A DNA stretch of 64,000 nucleotides from an uncultured Clostridium sp. (GCA_948465565.1 CAOJXR010000002.1:163065-227064), one strand, 5' to 3'; shown: positions 1-10,383, counted from the first letter of the stretch. Notes: generated from the sequence alone by a model not told the origin. Numbers and translations: made by a program.

Positions 1-119
1 GAAGTTTCACCGTTTATCGCTAAGGCAATTTATATTGAAAGTTATTAATAAGTAAAGCACTTACTTATAATTAAAGAATTAATTATGTTTTATTCTATAA
101 TTATTGGTAAGTGCCTTCT

Positions 120-884
120 TTATTTTTGTAAATATTCTACATATTCTTCTAAACACATGTCTAATCTGTTTATCTCTTTTGCATTTTCTACTCCAACATA
201 GCGCCAATGCCATGGTTCATAGTCTACTTTTGTTATGTCTTCTTTATCTTGTCTATATCTTAGTATAAATCCATAGTCTTCTGCATTTTCTTGTAACCAT
301 TCAAATGCTTTTGTTTCATCAAATTCTTCATTCACATAGTTAAAATCAACTGCTAGTCCTAGATTGTGTTCACTTGTCTTTGGTTCATTTATTACTTGTA
401 GAGTTAGTTTTCTTGCTTCTTCTCTGCTTTTTCCTTTTCTCATATATTCTGCAATCTTATCATTAAATAGTTTTTCTTGTAGGCTTTCATCTCTATATGC
501 AGATTGTACCCATATATTTGTGATTCCATCATGTCTTACTGCTTCTATCATTTCTTTTAATTCGCTTATAGCTCGTGAATCGAATTTCCTTAAATTATCA
601 ATATTAGCTAGTTCTAATTCATAATCTTCTGGTAATTTATTATCATGATTTACTAATGCAAGTTTCCAGTCGTTTATTTGATTTCTCTGTGAATTTCCTG
701 TTGTATTACTTGTATTTATATTTTCAATTGGTTTCTTTTCTGTTTGTGTAATGTTTTGACTTATTTCTTGGTTTGGCTTAGTTTTTAGCCTTTGGCTTCC
801 TATATATATAACTGTTCCTAATATTAATAAATATAATATTACTATTCTTCTATTTCTTGATTTTCTTCTTCTTCGTCTTTGCAT
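120..884 (-). CDS. VanY-type D-alanyl-D-alanine carboxypeptidase (peptidase M15B) with N-terminal membrane anchor
   Basis: SEHNLGLAVDF zinc-binding signature and the conserved EPWHWRY C-terminal motif of VanY/M15B; basic N-terminus plus one TM helix. Confidence 0.8.
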   Translation of the reverse strand: MQRRRRRKSRNRRIVILYLLILGTVIYIGSQRLKTKPNQEISQNITQTEKKPIENINTSNTTGNSQRNQINDWKLALVNHDNKLPEDYELELANIDNLRKFDSRAISELKEMIEAVRHDGITNIWVQSAYRDESLQEKLFNDKIAEYMRKGKSREEARKLTLQVINEPKTSEHNLGLAVDFNYVNEEFDETKAFEWLQENAEDYGFILRYRQDKEDITKVDYEPWHWRYVGVENAKEINRLDMCLEEYVEYLQK

Positions 885-960
885 ATCTGTCTTCCTTTTT
901 ATTTTTTATTTATTTTATTATTAATATTTTATTTTTTCAATACTATTTTTTAATTTTCTA

Positions 961-989
961 TTGCATTATGTTAACCAAGGTGGTATAAT
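961..989 (+). promoter_or_regulatory. putative sigma-A promoter with extended -10 for the sortase gene (TTGCAT -17- TGgTATAAT)
   Basis: TTGCAT at 961-966 and TATAAT at 984-989 with 17-nt spacer; TG at -15/-14; RBS AGGAG ahead of ATG 1042. Confidence 0.4.
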
Positions 990-1041
990 TTTACTTGGTT
1001 TGTATAATAAATATTATTATATTAAAGGAGTGAAAATTGCT

Positions 1042-1843
1042 ATGTCTACATTTTGTAGAAAAGTAATGAATGTAGCACTTTTAGTTATTTCAACTTTCAT
1101 TTTCGCTACATTTATTATTGTAACATTTTTCACAAACGATAAAATTATTAAATATACTATTGCTAAAGTACCTACTTCTAGTACTCATTGTAAAGAACTT
1201 GAGAAACCTGTAGTTTCTACAGATTCTGAATTAGAGGTGGCTACTTCTAAAGAAACAAATTTGCCTGTTACATCTGGCAATACAGAAAAAACTGCAGCTA
1301 ATGTTAGTTCAAGAGCTGCTGTAATTGAAAATACTAATGAAAATGTAAAAAAAGAGACTCCTAAAAAAAGTAATCCATCACAAACATCTACTCGGAACAA
1401 AACCAGTTTCACAACCTTCAGAAACTACAGTGCAGACTAATTACAATGGTTATAATTCAATTGGAAGAGTACAAATTCCTAAAACTGGTGTTAACTTACC
1501 TATATTAAGTGATATCTCTGTTGGTGGTATGGAAGTAGGAGCATGTGTTGTATATTCAACAGGGAGTTTAAATCAAACTGGAAACACTTTGATTGCAACT
1601 CATAATTATAAAAATGGAAAACTTTTTTCAAATAATTATAAACTTGAGGTTGGAGATATAATATACATAACTTCTTTAGATGGAAAAAAGATAAAGTATG
1701 TTATATATGATAAATTTATTACTAATCCTCAAGACCTTAGCTATATAAAGAGAAACTCTGGCGCCACACCAGGAATAGCATTATCTTGTTGTACTGATGA
1801 TGAGCAAAATAGAATTGTTATATTGGCTAAATCAGAAATGTAA
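1042..1843 (+). CDS. sortase (transpeptidase), frame-interrupted between an N-terminal TM anchor plus S/T/P-rich linker (frame 1, stop 1440) and the catalytic domain (frame 2, open from 1349). Junction is at in-frame CGG 1393-1395; skipping the C gives ...STRN?-G-TKPVSQPSETTVQTNYNG...
   Basis: Downstream ORF carries sortase His motif (NTLIATHNY), Cys motif (ALSCCT) and Arg (NRIVILA) but lacks a membrane anchor; upstream ORF is only an anchor plus linker; both frames open across 1349-1440. Confidence 0.65.
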
Positions 1844-1969
1844 AATATAAACATAAAAAGATAGAGAAAAAATAAAATGACGCATTGTTTGGAAGTATTT
1901 TCGAAGAAAATACGACAGTAAGGAATTTTATTTTTCTCTATCTTTTTATGTTTGCTTTTTATGATATTC

Positions 1970-2842
1970 TTAATTATTTACTTTTATATCTCCGCAATTA
2001 TTTTTTAGATTTAATGTGATATCTGATTTTTTATAATTGTTATTTACTTTTACATCTCCTAAATCAGTTTTTGCTTCTATGTATATTTCATTTGTTGAAC
2101 CAATTTTGATTGAACCTAAATTATTTTTTATACTAGAATCTTTATTTATAGTCAAATTATCTATTTTAACATCTCCACAATCTTCTTCAGCATTTATAGA
2201 ATTATATACATTTGTTATTTTTATGTCTCCATAGTTGTTTTTAACTACTATATCGTCTACACTCTCAACTTTTACTGCTCCTGCTGATTGCTTAATATTA
2301 GCTTCTTTTGCTTTTTCTAACTTTATATCACCATATTTATTTGTAATGTCTACTTTGTTTCCACCAATTACATCAACATCTCCACAGTCTTCGTTTATTT
2401 CAATATTGGCTTTTGAAAATTCTTCTACATCTATATCTCCATACTTATTATTTATTATTATATTCTTATCATAATCTTTTGGGATATATACTTCTATTTT
2501 AGCTATTTTATTTCTAAATGCAAACCATGAACCTTTCTTATGTTTTGATATAATTCTTAATTCATTATTTTTTTCTTCAACTTCTGTTTTGTCTTTATCT
2601 CCGTAAATTACTACTCTGATTTTTTCTCCTGATGTTTCTTTTACTTCTATATCGCTTGCATCACTTGTGATATTTATTTCATCAAAATTATTATTGTATT
2701 CTTCATCTACTACTAGTTCATCACTTACTTTATATGGGAATCCCATTTTTCCGTTAATTACTTTTATCATAAAAGTAATTAATCCTATACTTATGATTAC
2801 TAATAGTACTATTAAACATACAATTAAGGTATTATTTTTCAT
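1970..2842 (-). CDS. DUF4097 (putative adhesin-like beta-repeat) domain protein with N-terminal TM helix
   Basis: Repeated NKYGDIxV / CGDVKI beta-strand units typical of DUF4097; start overlaps the upstream HTH gene by 11 nt. Confidence 0.55.
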   Translation of the reverse strand: MKNNTLIVCLIVLLVIISIGLITFMIKVINGKMGFPYKVSDELVVDEEYNNNFDEINITSDASDIEVKETSGEKIRVVIYGDKDKTEVEEKNNELRIISKHKKGSWFAFRNKIAKIEVYIPKDYDKNIIINNKYGDIDVEEFSKANIEINEDCGDVDVIGGNKVDITNKYGDIKLEKAKEANIKQSAGAVKVESVDDIVVKNNYGDIKITNVYNSINAEEDCGDVKIDNLTINKDSSIKNNLGSIKIGSTNEIYIEAKTDLGDVKVNNNYKKSDITLNLKNNCGDIKVNN

Positions 2843-3479
2843 TTTTCTTACTCCTTAACATAAATATTAATTTTATGATTTCTTCTACTAAACCATATAC
2901 AACCCACAATATCCAAGTTATATGCCATGCCATTGTTGTAAAGCTTATGAAAAGATATATTATTAATACTATTATTGCTAGAATTTCAGTTATTTGTTTT
3001 TGAACAGTATTTTTTTGTCTTTCCTCTTCTTCTATTTCTTTTTTATCTTTTTTGTATACAATACATGTATATATTATAACGTATGTTGCTACTCCACATA
3101 TTAATAGGAATATTGCTGATGAAACTATTGGGTCTAATCTAAATGCTGGTATTGATGTCATTATCCATGCTACTGCAACAAAGTAGATTAATACTGATAT
3201 TCCTATTCCTTTTGCTCTTTTTTCCCTTTTAAAATCTTCTGGCTTGTTTTCTTTCTGTTCTTCTTTCTCTACATTTTCATGTTTTGTTCCTGATAATAAT
3301 TCATCTGCTGATATTTCATATAATTCGCATATTGGAATTATTTTATCAAAATCAGGCATGCTTTGGTCTGTTTCCCATTTTGAAACTGTTTGTCTTGTAA
3401 CATTTAATCTATTTGCTACTTCTTCTTGTGATAATTGTTTTGATTTTCTTAAATCTAATAATTTTTGTCCTATACTCAT
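2832..3479 (-). CDS. XRE-family helix-turn-helix transcriptional regulator with C-terminal transmembrane segments
   Basis: N-terminal LSQEEVANRLNVTRQTVSKWE HTH_3 motif; 3-4 predicted TM helices in the C-terminal half; operon with DUF4097 gene. Confidence 0.7.
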   Translation of the reverse strand: MSIGQKLLDLRKSKQLSQEEVANRLNVTRQTVSKWETDQSMPDFDKIIPICELYEISADELLSGTKHENVEKEEQKENKPEDFKREKRAKGIGISVLIYFVAVAWIMTSIPAFRLDPIVSSAIFLLICGVATYVIIYTCIVYKKDKKEIEEEERQKNTVQKQITEILAIIVLIIYLFISFTTMAWHITWILWVVYGLVEEIIKLIFMLRSKKNEK

Positions 3480-3616
3480 TTTCTTTCTCCTCTCTATGAC
3501 TAAAATTATACTGTTTTTTTTGGTTGCATTCTACCTATTTTACTTGGAAATTTGTCAACTACACTTAACATTTGCATAATTTTATTAAAGGCACACCTTA
3601 AAAGTGTGCCTTTTTT

Positions 3617-4939
3617 CTATTTTACTATTCCTAATATTGTTTTTTGTTTTGCTACTCTTTTTGGGTCTAATATAAAAGCATTTTTTAGATTTCTAACTGC
3701 TCCATCTACTTTTCTTTCATCATTTGTGTGTATATATGCTAAAACTTCTCCTACTTCTACAACATTACCTATTCTTTGATTCATGACTATCCCTGCTGCC
3801 GGATCAATTTTGTCTTCTTTTTTTGCTCTTCCTGCACCTAGATATACTGATATGTTTCCTATCATTTCTGTATCTATAACTTTTAATGCTCCTCTATAAT
3901 CTGCTGTAACTGGAATTATATATTTGGCTTTTTCAAATTTTTGTGGCTGCTCTATATATGTTATATCTCCACCTTGTTTCATAACTAATTCTCTGAATTT
4001 TATCATGGCTTTTCCTGATGATATTGATGAAAGTATCATTTTTTGTGCTTCTTGTTCATTTGTTGTAAGCCCTGCCATTAGTATCATTTGCGTTCCTAGA
4101 GCTAATACTATTTCTTTTATATCTTCTGGCATATCTCCTTTTAGCGCTTTTATTGCTTCTACTACTTCTAAAGAATTTCCTATTGCATGTCCTGATGGTT
4201 CATTCATGTTTGTTATAACACATCTTACTTCTCTTCCTGCTAGCTTTCCTATCTTTATCATTGTGTTTGCAAGTTCTTTAGCTTGTTTAACATCTTTCAT
4301 AAATGCGCCATTTCCGCATGTTATATCAAGCAATATTTTATTTGCACCTGCTGCAATTTTTTTGCTCATTATGCTTGATGCAATTAATGGAATATTAGCA
4401 GTGCAATTTATTACATCTCTTAGAGCATATATTTTTTTGTCTGCTGGTGCTAAGTTTAGGCTTGATGTGATTAAACTTATTCCTATATCTTTTACATTTT
4501 GTTTAAATTCTTCTATACTTAAATCTACTCTATATCCTGGGATTGATTCTAATTTGTCTGCTGTTCCTCCTGTAAAACCTAGTCCTCTTCCTGACATTTT
4601 TGCTACTGGAATTCCAAGTGATGCTATTATTGGCATTAGAATTATTGTTATTTTATCTCCAACTCCTCCACTTGAGTGTTTGTCTACTATGCAATCTGAT
4701 ATATCACTTAAATCTAATGTGTCACCAGAATTAGCCATTGCTAGTGTAAGGTTTTTAGTTTCTTCGTCTGTCATACCATTTATATAAATTGCCATAACTA
4801 ATGCAGCTGCCTGATAGTCTGGTATGTTTCCATTTGTATATTCAGTAATAAAGTATTCTATTTCTTCCTTTGTTAAGGTTTTTTTATCTCTTTTTTTTCC
4901 TATTATCCCCATTATGTTCATAATTTTAGTCCTCCTCAT
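3617..4939 (-). CDS. pdp: pyrimidine-nucleoside (thymidine) phosphorylase
   Basis: KHSSGGVGDK phosphate-binding signature and glycosyltransferase family 3 layout; true start may be the MNIMGII Met a few codons in. Confidence 0.85.
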   Translation of the reverse strand: MRRTKIMNIMGIIGKKRDKKTLTKEEIEYFITEYTNGNIPDYQAAALVMAIYINGMTDEETKNLTLAMANSGDTLDLSDISDCIVDKHSSGGVGDKITIILMPIIASLGIPVAKMSGRGLGFTGGTADKLESIPGYRVDLSIEEFKQNVKDIGISLITSSLNLAPADKKIYALRDVINCTANIPLIASSIMSKKIAAGANKILLDITCGNGAFMKDVKQAKELANTMIKIGKLAGREVRCVITNMNEPSGHAIGNSLEVVEAIKALKGDMPEDIKEIVLALGTQMILMAGLTTNEQEAQKMILSSISSGKAMIKFRELVMKQGGDITYIEQPQKFEKAKYIIPVTADYRGALKVIDTEMIGNISVYLGAGRAKKEDKIDPAAGIVMNQRIGNVVEVGEVLAYIHTNDERKVDGAVRNLKNAFILDPKRVAKQKTILGIVK

Positions 4940-5564
4940 CTATAAAGTTTTTTATGAAGCTTCTTCTGTGCAATATACATGGTCCATTTTCTTTTATTGC
5001 TGCAATGTGTTTTGCTGTTCCATATCCTTTATGTCCTGCAAATCCATACTGTGGATATATTTCATCATATTCTCTCATCATTCTATCCCTTGTTACTTTG
5101 GCTAGAATTGATGCTGCTGCAATTGAATATTCTTTGGCATCTCCTTTTATAATCGATTTATATGGTATTCCTTTTGTGTCAATATGTGTTAGTGCGTCTA
5201 CTAAAATTAGGTCTGGTCTTACTTTTAAATCTTCTATTGCTCTTGTTAATGCAAGTTTAGTTGCATTTAATATGTTTATTTCATCTATTTCATTTTGATC
5301 AGCTATTCCAACACTCCAAGCTATAGCTTCTTTAGTTATTAAATCATATAATTTTTCTCTTTTCTTTTCTGACACTTTTTTTGAGTCATTTATTCCTTCA
5401 ATCATTGAGTCTTTTGGCATAATTGCTACACCAACTACTACAGGTCCTGCTAGTGGTCCACGTCCTGCTTCATCTATTCCTGCTATTAATTTTATTTTAT
5501 CAGAATATAATCCATTTTCTTCTTCTTTTAATTTTTTTAGTCGTTCTTCTTCTTTTTCTTTCAT
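4926..5564 (-). CDS. rnhB: ribonuclease HII
   Basis: GIDEAGRGPLAGPVV active-site motif; size and layout of RNase HII. Confidence 0.9.
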   Translation of the reverse strand: MKEKEEERLKKLKEEENGLYSDKIKLIAGIDEAGRGPLAGPVVVGVAIMPKDSMIEGINDSKKVSEKKREKLYDLITKEAIAWSVGIADQNEIDEINILNATKLALTRAIEDLKVRPDLILVDALTHIDTKGIPYKSIIKGDAKEYSIAAASILAKVTRDRMMREYDEIYPQYGFAGHKGYGTAKHIAAIKENGPCILHRRSFIKNFIDEED

Positions 5565-5745
5565 TATACTTCCTCTAATTTTTTTATATTTTTTATTAAT
5601 TTTAAGTTTATTTTAATTTTATGTTTTTATTATATATATAGATTTTATTTTTTTCAAGGCAAAAAAGTTTTATTTATGTTGTACTTTTAACAAAATAAGT
5701 GTAACATAAATAGTAATTGTATATTTAGAAAGGATGATTTTTGTT

Positions 5746-6987
5746 ATGAGTGAAAATGATAAAAAAACTGATTATGGATTTGTAAAATCTACGGCTGATT
5801 ATCCTAATCCAGAAACTCCTAAGGCTAAACATGGATTTTTTAAAACAATTGGTGTTCCTTTTGTTTCTGGTGTGCTTGGTGCCTCTTTGGTATTAGGTCT
5901 TGGTTTTTATGTACCAAATTTGCGTAATTCTGATGATGAGTCTAAAAATTCAGTAGAAAAAATTTTTACTTCTCAAGGTGCAACTACTAAAGCTGTTGAT
6001 ATTTCAAAATATTCTAATACAGCAATTTCTGTTGCAAATAAGGTATTGCCTTCTGTTGTTGGTATTGAAGTTGATTTTTCTATTTCTGATAATTATTCTA
6101 GATTTTCTGCTGCAACTTCTGATAGGACTTCTACTGCGACAGGTTCTGGTGTAATTATTTCTAAAGAAGGATATATTCTTACTAATAATCATGTTATAGA
6201 TACTTCTTCATCTTCTACAAGACAATATACTGTTTCAGAGGCTAATAAAGTTTTAGTATATTTATATGGCGACGATGAACCTGTTGAAGCTAAAATTATT
6301 GGTTCTGATAGTATTACTGATTTAGCAGTTTTGAAGATTGAAAAAGATGACCTAACACCTATCGAATTTGGTGATTCTGATGCAGTTCAAGTTGGTGAAT
6401 TTGCTATGGCTGTTGGTAGTCCTCTTGATATGAGAGATACTGTTACTGCTGGTATCATCAGTGGAACAGATAGAGAAATTGAGGATGAAAATAGTGGTAC
6501 AATTTATACTTTACTTCAAACAGATGCTGCTATAAATTCTGGAAATAGTGGTGGTGCATTAGTTAATGCGGAAGGTAAATTGATTGGTATAAATACTTTG
6601 AAATTATATGGTACAGGTATTGAGGGTATGGGATTTGCTATTCCTGTAAATTCTACTTTTGATATTTCTGAACAATTGATTAAAACTGGAAAAGTTAAGA
6701 GACCTTATATTGGTATTTCTGGTGAAGATATTACTGATATTTATTCTGCTTATTATAGATTACCTGTTGGTGTATATGTTAGAAAGATTCAAAATGATGG
6801 TCCTGCTAAGGATTCTGATTTAAAAGTTGGTGATATTATTGTTAAGTTTAATGGTGAGAAAATTGAGAGTATGTCTCAACTTAATAATTTGAAGAATAAA
6901 TGTGCTATTGGTGATACTGTTACTCTTACAGTTTCTAGAAATAACGAAGAAACTGATGTTGATGTTACTTTGACTGAAACGCCTTAG
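5746..6987 (+). CDS. htrA: HtrA/DegP-family trypsin-like serine protease with C-terminal PDZ domain and N-terminal TM anchor
   Basis: TNNHVI (His), DLAVLKI (Asp), GNSGGALVN (Ser) catalytic motifs; PDZ-like C-terminus; ATG 5746 has a better-spaced RBS than 5734. Confidence 0.85.
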   Translation: MSENDKKTDYGFVKSTADYPNPETPKAKHGFFKTIGVPFVSGVLGASLVLGLGFYVPNLRNSDDESKNSVEKIFTSQGATTKAVDISKYSNTAISVANKVLPSVVGIEVDFSISDNYSRFSAATSDRTSTATGSGVIISKEGYILTNNHVIDTSSSSTRQYTVSEANKVLVYLYGDDEPVEAKIIGSDSITDLAVLKIEKDDLTPIEFGDSDAVQVGEFAMAVGSPLDMRDTVTAGIISGTDREIEDENSGTIYTLLQTDAAINSGNSGGALVNAEGKLIGINTLKLYGTGIEGMGFAIPVNSTFDISEQLIKTGKVKRPYIGISGEDITDIYSAYYRLPVGVYVRKIQNDGPAKDSDLKVGDIIVKFNGEKIESMSQLNNLKNKCAIGDTVTLTVSRNNEETDVDVTLTETP

Positions 6988-7036
6988 GTAGTTGAATTTC
7001 CTGGCATTTTAAGTTTTAATTTATTAGGAGATTACT

Positions 7037-7423
7037 ATGATTGTATTTATATCTATTTTGAAATTATTATTGCTGTATTTATCATTAATATGTTGTAGAA
7101 AAAAAAGAACTTTTAAATATTCTTTTTTACTGCTAATTTTGTTAACTTTTAATTTAATTATAAGTATTCTTTTTCAATTTATCATTTCTAATAGCATACT
7201 AGATTCTCTAATATTAGATAATAAAGTGATCCCTATTATACTATTTATTACGTACATTGAATTTATAATTATATTAATTTATGGTCTTTTTTATTATTTA
7301 AAATTTATATGTAAATTAAATTTGTCACTAAAGGTATTTTATATTATTATATTTATATTTTTAGCATTATTAGAAAATCTTACAATATATTTATATAAGG
7401 CTTTTATTTCTATTTATAATTAA
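7037..7423 (+). CDS. hypothetical small polytopic membrane protein (extremely AT-rich)
   Basis: Four hydrophobic helices; followed by a strong rho-independent terminator at 7468-7503, which supports transcription; no recognisable motif. Confidence 0.3.
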   Translation: MIVFISILKLLLLYLSLICCRKKRTFKYSFLLLILLTFNLIISILFQFIISNSILDSLILDNKVIPIILFITYIEFIIILIYGLFYYLKFICKLNLSLKVFYIIIFIFLALLENLTIYLYKAFISIYN

Positions 7424-7467
7424 TTTATTAACTAGTATAATTATCCCCAGCTATGAAATTTTTTAAA

Positions 7468-7503
7468 TGAACAAGTATATTAATATACTTGTTCATTTTT
7501 CCT
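7468..7503 (+). terminator. rho-independent terminator (15-bp perfect stem plus T-run)
   Basis: atgaacaagtatatt / aatatacttgttcat perfect palindrome followed by ttttt. Confidence 0.7.
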
Positions 7504-7540
7504 TTTAATTAAATTTCCAATATTCTGTTGTAATATATTA

Positions 7541-7588
7541 CCTTTCTTAAAATTATATATTAATTTTAAGATATAATTTTAAGAAAGG
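7541..7588 (+). promoter_or_regulatory. perfect 18-bp inverted repeat (cctttcttaaaattatat -12 nt- atataattttaagaaagg) overlapping the RBS of the downstream gene; putative operator or RBS-sequestering hairpin
   Basis: Right arm 7571-7588 overlaps the Shine-Dalgarno ggaagg (7587-7592) of ATG 7602; spacer repeats taattttaag. Confidence 0.45.
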
Positions 7589-7601
7589 AAGGTGCATATT
7601 A

Positions 7602-8183
7602 ATGAAAAGATTTTTTATTTCAAAGCAATTTATATTAATGCTATTATTCATTGTATTTCTTGTATTTTTTGAAATACCTACATCATCAGCTGCAGAACTA
7701 ACTCAATCAGAAATAGTAGATAAAATTTCAGAAACTTCTGGGAAAATTATGAAGTATAACGTTATAACAAATGAAACTACTGAAGTTAACGTTGAGGAAT
7801 TAAAACAAAAATTAAAGAAAGACATGGGCGATACAGGATACTATCGTTTAAAATCACATACTCCAAATCTAGAACCAATTTCTTTAAGACCTTCTCCATC
7901 TAATTTATTTAAAAGTTCCATTTCTACTATACTTTCATCTAATGCTGATGGTTTTGATAGAGTATATGATACTTCACAATTTCCATACCAACTTGTGTGC
8001 AAAACTACAAGTAAAAATTTTAATACTGAATATGATTTTGGTGCCACTGCCTCAATAATAGGTCCTAAACTTACTATAACTGCTGCTCATTGTTTGTGGG
8101 ATCAGAATGGCAATAATAATTGTTGGGGTGTTAGAATTACTGAAGATATGATTGCTTTGATTAAAGAACTAAATGGAAATTAA
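7602..8183 (+). CDS. secreted trypsin-like (S1B, glutamyl-endopeptidase-like) protease N-terminal half only; truncated or degenerate
   Basis: Signal peptide; LTITAAHCL histidine motif of chymotrypsin-fold proteases; ORF stops right after it with no Asp or GDSGG Ser region; terminator follows. Confidence 0.5.
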   Translation: MKRFFISKQFILMLLFIVFLVFFEIPTSSAAELTQSEIVDKISETSGKIMKYNVITNETTEVNVEELKQKLKKDMGDTGYYRLKSHTPNLEPISLRPSPSNLFKSSISTILSSNADGFDRVYDTSQFPYQLVCKTTSKNFNTEYDFGATASIIGPKLTITAAHCLWDQNGNNNCWGVRITEDMIALIKELNGN

Positions 8184-8203
8184 ATCATTATTATATTACT
8201 AAA

Positions 8204-8246
8204 AAGAAGACTATCAAATTTTATTTTTGATAGTCTTTTTTATAAA
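8204..8246. terminator. bidirectional rho-independent terminator between convergent genes
   Basis: aagactatcaaa / tttgatagtctt 12-bp stem followed by T-runs on both strands. Confidence 0.7.
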
Positions 8247-8251
8247 TTCTT

Positions 8252-9451
8252 CTACAACTTTAAACTTCTTTTTCCTTCTACTATATTTTCTGATTTAACT
8301 TTGTATATTTCTTTATCTTTGTTAAAAATAGCAAATATTGCCGCTGTAATCGGTACCGTGTATACAATTCCAATACTTCCTGATATAGCACAAACTGTTT
8401 CTGTTGCAATTGCTTCTATGTTTATTACTTCTGTGACAGATAGGCTTGATGCCATATATAAAAGTATAAGTAGTAATGATGAGCCTATGAATGAAAGTAT
8501 TAATGTGTTTGTCATTGTTCCTATCATATCTCCACCTATATTCATACCACTTTTGAATAATTCTTTTGCTGTCATGTCTGGCTTTTTCATTTTTAATTCG
8601 CTTAAACTTGATGCAATTGACATTCCAACGTCCATACATGCTCCTAGTGCTGATACAATTATTTCTGCAAATAGTAAGTGTCTAAAGTTAAATGTAACAT
8701 TTGTTGCTGCAACACTTAACATTATTGCTTCTTCTTTTCCTCCACCTGATAGTTTTGCTAGATAACTTACAATACTTGCTATTATTCCAGCTAGCACTAC
8801 TCCTCCTATTGTTCCTAATGCTGCTGATATTGTTTTTTTGTTCCAACCACCTATTACCGCAAATGTAAGAACTGTTATAACAAAACATGTTCCAACTGAT
8901 ACAAGTATTGCATTATATCCTTTAAATATTGTCATTAATAATACGAATAATACTGCTACTACTGTAATTATTAATCCAATTATTGCTTTTATACCTTTTT
9001 TTCTTCCAACTAATATTATACTTGCGAAAAAGAATATTACTAACCAGAATATGTATTTTTGTCTTACAACGTCTTGAATAACTATTTCTGTCTCTCCAGA
9101 GTTCTCTGATATACGTACATATACAGTATTTCCTTCTTTTAGTTTGTATCCTACTATTTTGTTATCAATATCATAAGTTAAAACATATACTGTATCAAAT
9201 TTTTCGTCTTTTTTATCTCCTTCTAGTATTTTTACTTTTACATTTTGTACAAATTCTTTTCCACCTGTAGCGTTATCTCTTTCGTATTTTTCTCCTGCTT
9301 CAATTACTTTTGCTTTAATATTTTCTGCGTTTTGCATTGCTTCTGTTTTTTGTGCATCTTCTTGTAATACGTCTTCTGCTTTTACTAAACTTGTTCCTAA
9401 AGATATAAATATTAGCATTAATAAAACAAGTTTGTATACTACTTTTTTCAC
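8252..9451 (-). CDS. YibE/F-family integral membrane protein with N-terminal extracytoplasmic domain
   Basis: Signal/anchor, ~130-aa soluble domain, then about 8 TM helices with glycine-rich YibE/F-like segments. Confidence 0.55.
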   Translation of the reverse strand: MKKVVYKLVLLMLIFISLGTSLVKAEDVLQEDAQKTEAMQNAENIKAKVIEAGEKYERDNATGGKEFVQNVKVKILEGDKKDEKFDTVYVLTYDIDNKIVGYKLKEGNTVYVRISENSGETEIVIQDVVRQKYIFWLVIFFFASIILVGRKKGIKAIIGLIITVVAVLFVLLMTIFKGYNAILVSVGTCFVITVLTFAVIGGWNKKTISAALGTIGGVVLAGIIASIVSYLAKLSGGGKEEAIMLSVAATNVTFNFRHLLFAEIIVSALGACMDVGMSIASSLSELKMKKPDMTAKELFKSGMNIGGDMIGTMTNTLILSFIGSSLLLILLYMASSLSVTEVINIEAIATETVCAISGSIGIVYTVPITAAIFAIFNKDKEIYKVKSENIVEGKRSLKL

Positions 9452-9462
9452 TTTTTTTCCTC

Positions 9463-10350
9463 CTATTCGAATATGATTAAATCTATTTTATTTGTATTTT
9501 CCTTGTTTCCATAAGCATAAATTAAATATAAATATCCGTCTTGGTTTACTATAAAGTTTTCTGTATTTTCTATTTTATACATTTGATTTGATACATCTCG
9601 TAAACGTACTTCTGTATATTGATTTTTTAATTCTTCATCTTTTTTATTTAATGTTTCAATTTGTGTGTCTATTTCTTTTTGTAGTTTTTTACTATCATAC
9701 CCTTTTGCTTTTATTATATCATTTATTGTTACTTCTCTATCTAGACTTAGACTATAATTATATGTAGTTATTTTAGCACTTTGTGTATTCCTACCTTCTT
9801 TTATGTTTTCTTTTATTATAATTGAAAGTAATTCACCGTTTATATAAGCTTTGTATGTAACATTATAGTCTTGGTATTCCTTTGATTCTGCTATAATCTT
9901 TTCAATTTTATCAATATATTTTTTATTTATATCACTGTTTATTTTTCCAACAATGTTTGAATCAATATTTATATATGGAATATTGGCTACAATATTGTAT
10001 TTATCATTTTCTCTTTCTGTTATCTTTTGTTCTGTATATACTAAATCTTTATCATTTTTATTTTTGCTAATGTCACTTATTGTGCTTTCTCCAGATACGT
10101 CATTTGTAAATATAGTATTAAATTCATTTTTCATTTTTGTTATTTCCGCTGCTTCTTGGGTCTTACCTACTCCAATTCCTAGCATAAAAGGATCTGTGTC
10201 TGAATATCTGTAAAATATTTGTGCATATATTCCTATACTTAACGCTAATATGCATAATAATCCTACAATTACGAAAAACATAATTCTATTCATTCCAAGA
10301 ACTTTATCCATATCTTTTTCTTTGTTATTTTCCATACATATTCCTTTCAT
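9463..10350 (-). CDS. membrane-anchored DUF4163/DUF3298-domain protein (RsiV/PdaC-like fold)
   Basis: Single N-terminal TM; C-terminal NFIVNQDGYLYLIYAYG segment resembling DUF3298; middle region resembling DUF4163. Confidence 0.45.
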   Translation of the reverse strand: MKGICMENNKEKDMDKVLGMNRIMFFVIVGLLCILALSIGIYAQIFYRYSDTDPFMLGIGVGKTQEAAEITKMKNEFNTIFTNDVSGESTISDISKNKNDKDLVYTEQKITERENDKYNIVANIPYINIDSNIVGKINSDINKKYIDKIEKIIAESKEYQDYNVTYKAYINGELLSIIIKENIKEGRNTQSAKITTYNYSLSLDREVTINDIIKAKGYDSKKLQKEIDTQIETLNKKDEELKNQYTEVRLRDVSNQMYKIENTENFIVNQDGYLYLIYAYGNKENTNKIDLIIFE

Positions 10351-10383
10351 TTTGTTAACAAAAAACTTATTTCTTACAATAAT

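Noticed and set aside
7602-8183. CGG-type frame junction rescuing the truncated S1 protease
   Set aside because: The ORF ends GGA AAT TAA with no CGG nearby, and the downstream sequence is a terminator followed by a minus-strand gene, so there is no continuation frame.
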